NCBI GenBank assembly: GCA_002496015.1
Contig: DAIF01000014.1
Location: forward strand, 891-64,890
Origin: Candidatus Pacearchaeota archaeon UBA73
GTDB taxonomy: Archaea; Nanobdellota; Nanobdellia; Pacearchaeales; GW2011-AR1
Direction of reading: 5' to 3'
DNA: 64,000 bases
Below are positions 63,855 through 64,000 of the stretch, piece after piece (within the stretch, counting starts at the first letter, position 1; every line of letters starts with the position of its first letter). The notes under the pieces are model-generated. The model was not told the origin of the DNA and ran no database searches. It saw only the letters and a program-made list of their open reading frames with translations. The translations under genes and the position numbers were made by a program.

Positions 63855-64000
63855 AAAAATATCAAGGATGACAAGTTTTAAACCCTACGGCACAATCTCC
63901 GGCCCAAAATATTTCTCATACTCAAAATCCCTTTCACTAACCCTCCCGTCAGCAATCAACCCCTTAATCTCCGGCAACCTCGCTTTAAGCAGCTCAATCA

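Noticed and set aside
1-64000. Searched for rRNA, SRP RNA, RNase P RNA or CRISPR arrays
   Set aside because: None was recognisable by eye. Apart from four tRNAs, the intergenic regions are short or occupied by the repeat family.

Overview
This 64 kb window is gene-dense, coded on both strands, and looks like a small-genome archaeon, possibly DPANN-like. I infer that from archaeal-type PheRS alpha/beta, aIF5B, CDC48, uS10, an Rpp30-like protein, pyruvoyl arginine decarboxylase, archease plus RtcB, archaeal class-I FBP aldolase and TIM, and several class-III (archaeal pilin-type) signal peptides. I found four tRNAs (Gly-CCC, Ile-GAT, Ser-GGA, Pro-CGG) and no rRNA or CRISPR. The housekeeping genes are pheS/pheT, gltX, guaB, purA, rps10, tmk, pdaD, cysS, infB(aIF5B), dus, rtcB/archease, nagB, fba, tpiA and pyrH. 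Interspersed with them is accessory material, and that is where the interesting signals are:
- A family of short intergenic MITE-like repeats with terminal inverted repeats, present in at least 10 copies or fragments. One copy has visibly inserted into and split a PIN/VapC toxin gene.
- An accessory island at about 12.7-16.1 kb with two tandem pilin-like paralogs and two divergent VapBC-like pairs. The pilin genes share about 110 nt of near-identical 5' sequence and then diverge completely.
- An AT-rich island at about 16.0-19.6 kb carrying a glutamyl-tRNA-reductase-like gene next to a stand-alone copy of the GluRS C-terminal domain.
- A GC-rich dTTP-synthesis cluster: a MazG-like protein, a tandem ThyX-like protein whose RHR-type motifs appear altered, and tmk.
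- A tightly coupled operon of a Zn-ribbon/AbrB-like regulator, CDC48 and a C39-like papain-fold peptidase. A second C39-like gene is coupled to infB.
- Several toxin-antitoxin-like modules: a RelBE-like pair, an RHH gene followed by an unknown 121-aa partner, and a fused NTase-HEPN protein.
- A cluster of large proteins with no recognisable family, including a TIM-barrel protein with a roughly 280-aa insertion.
Functional calls rest on motif recognition by eye, so treat family-level calls as provisional.
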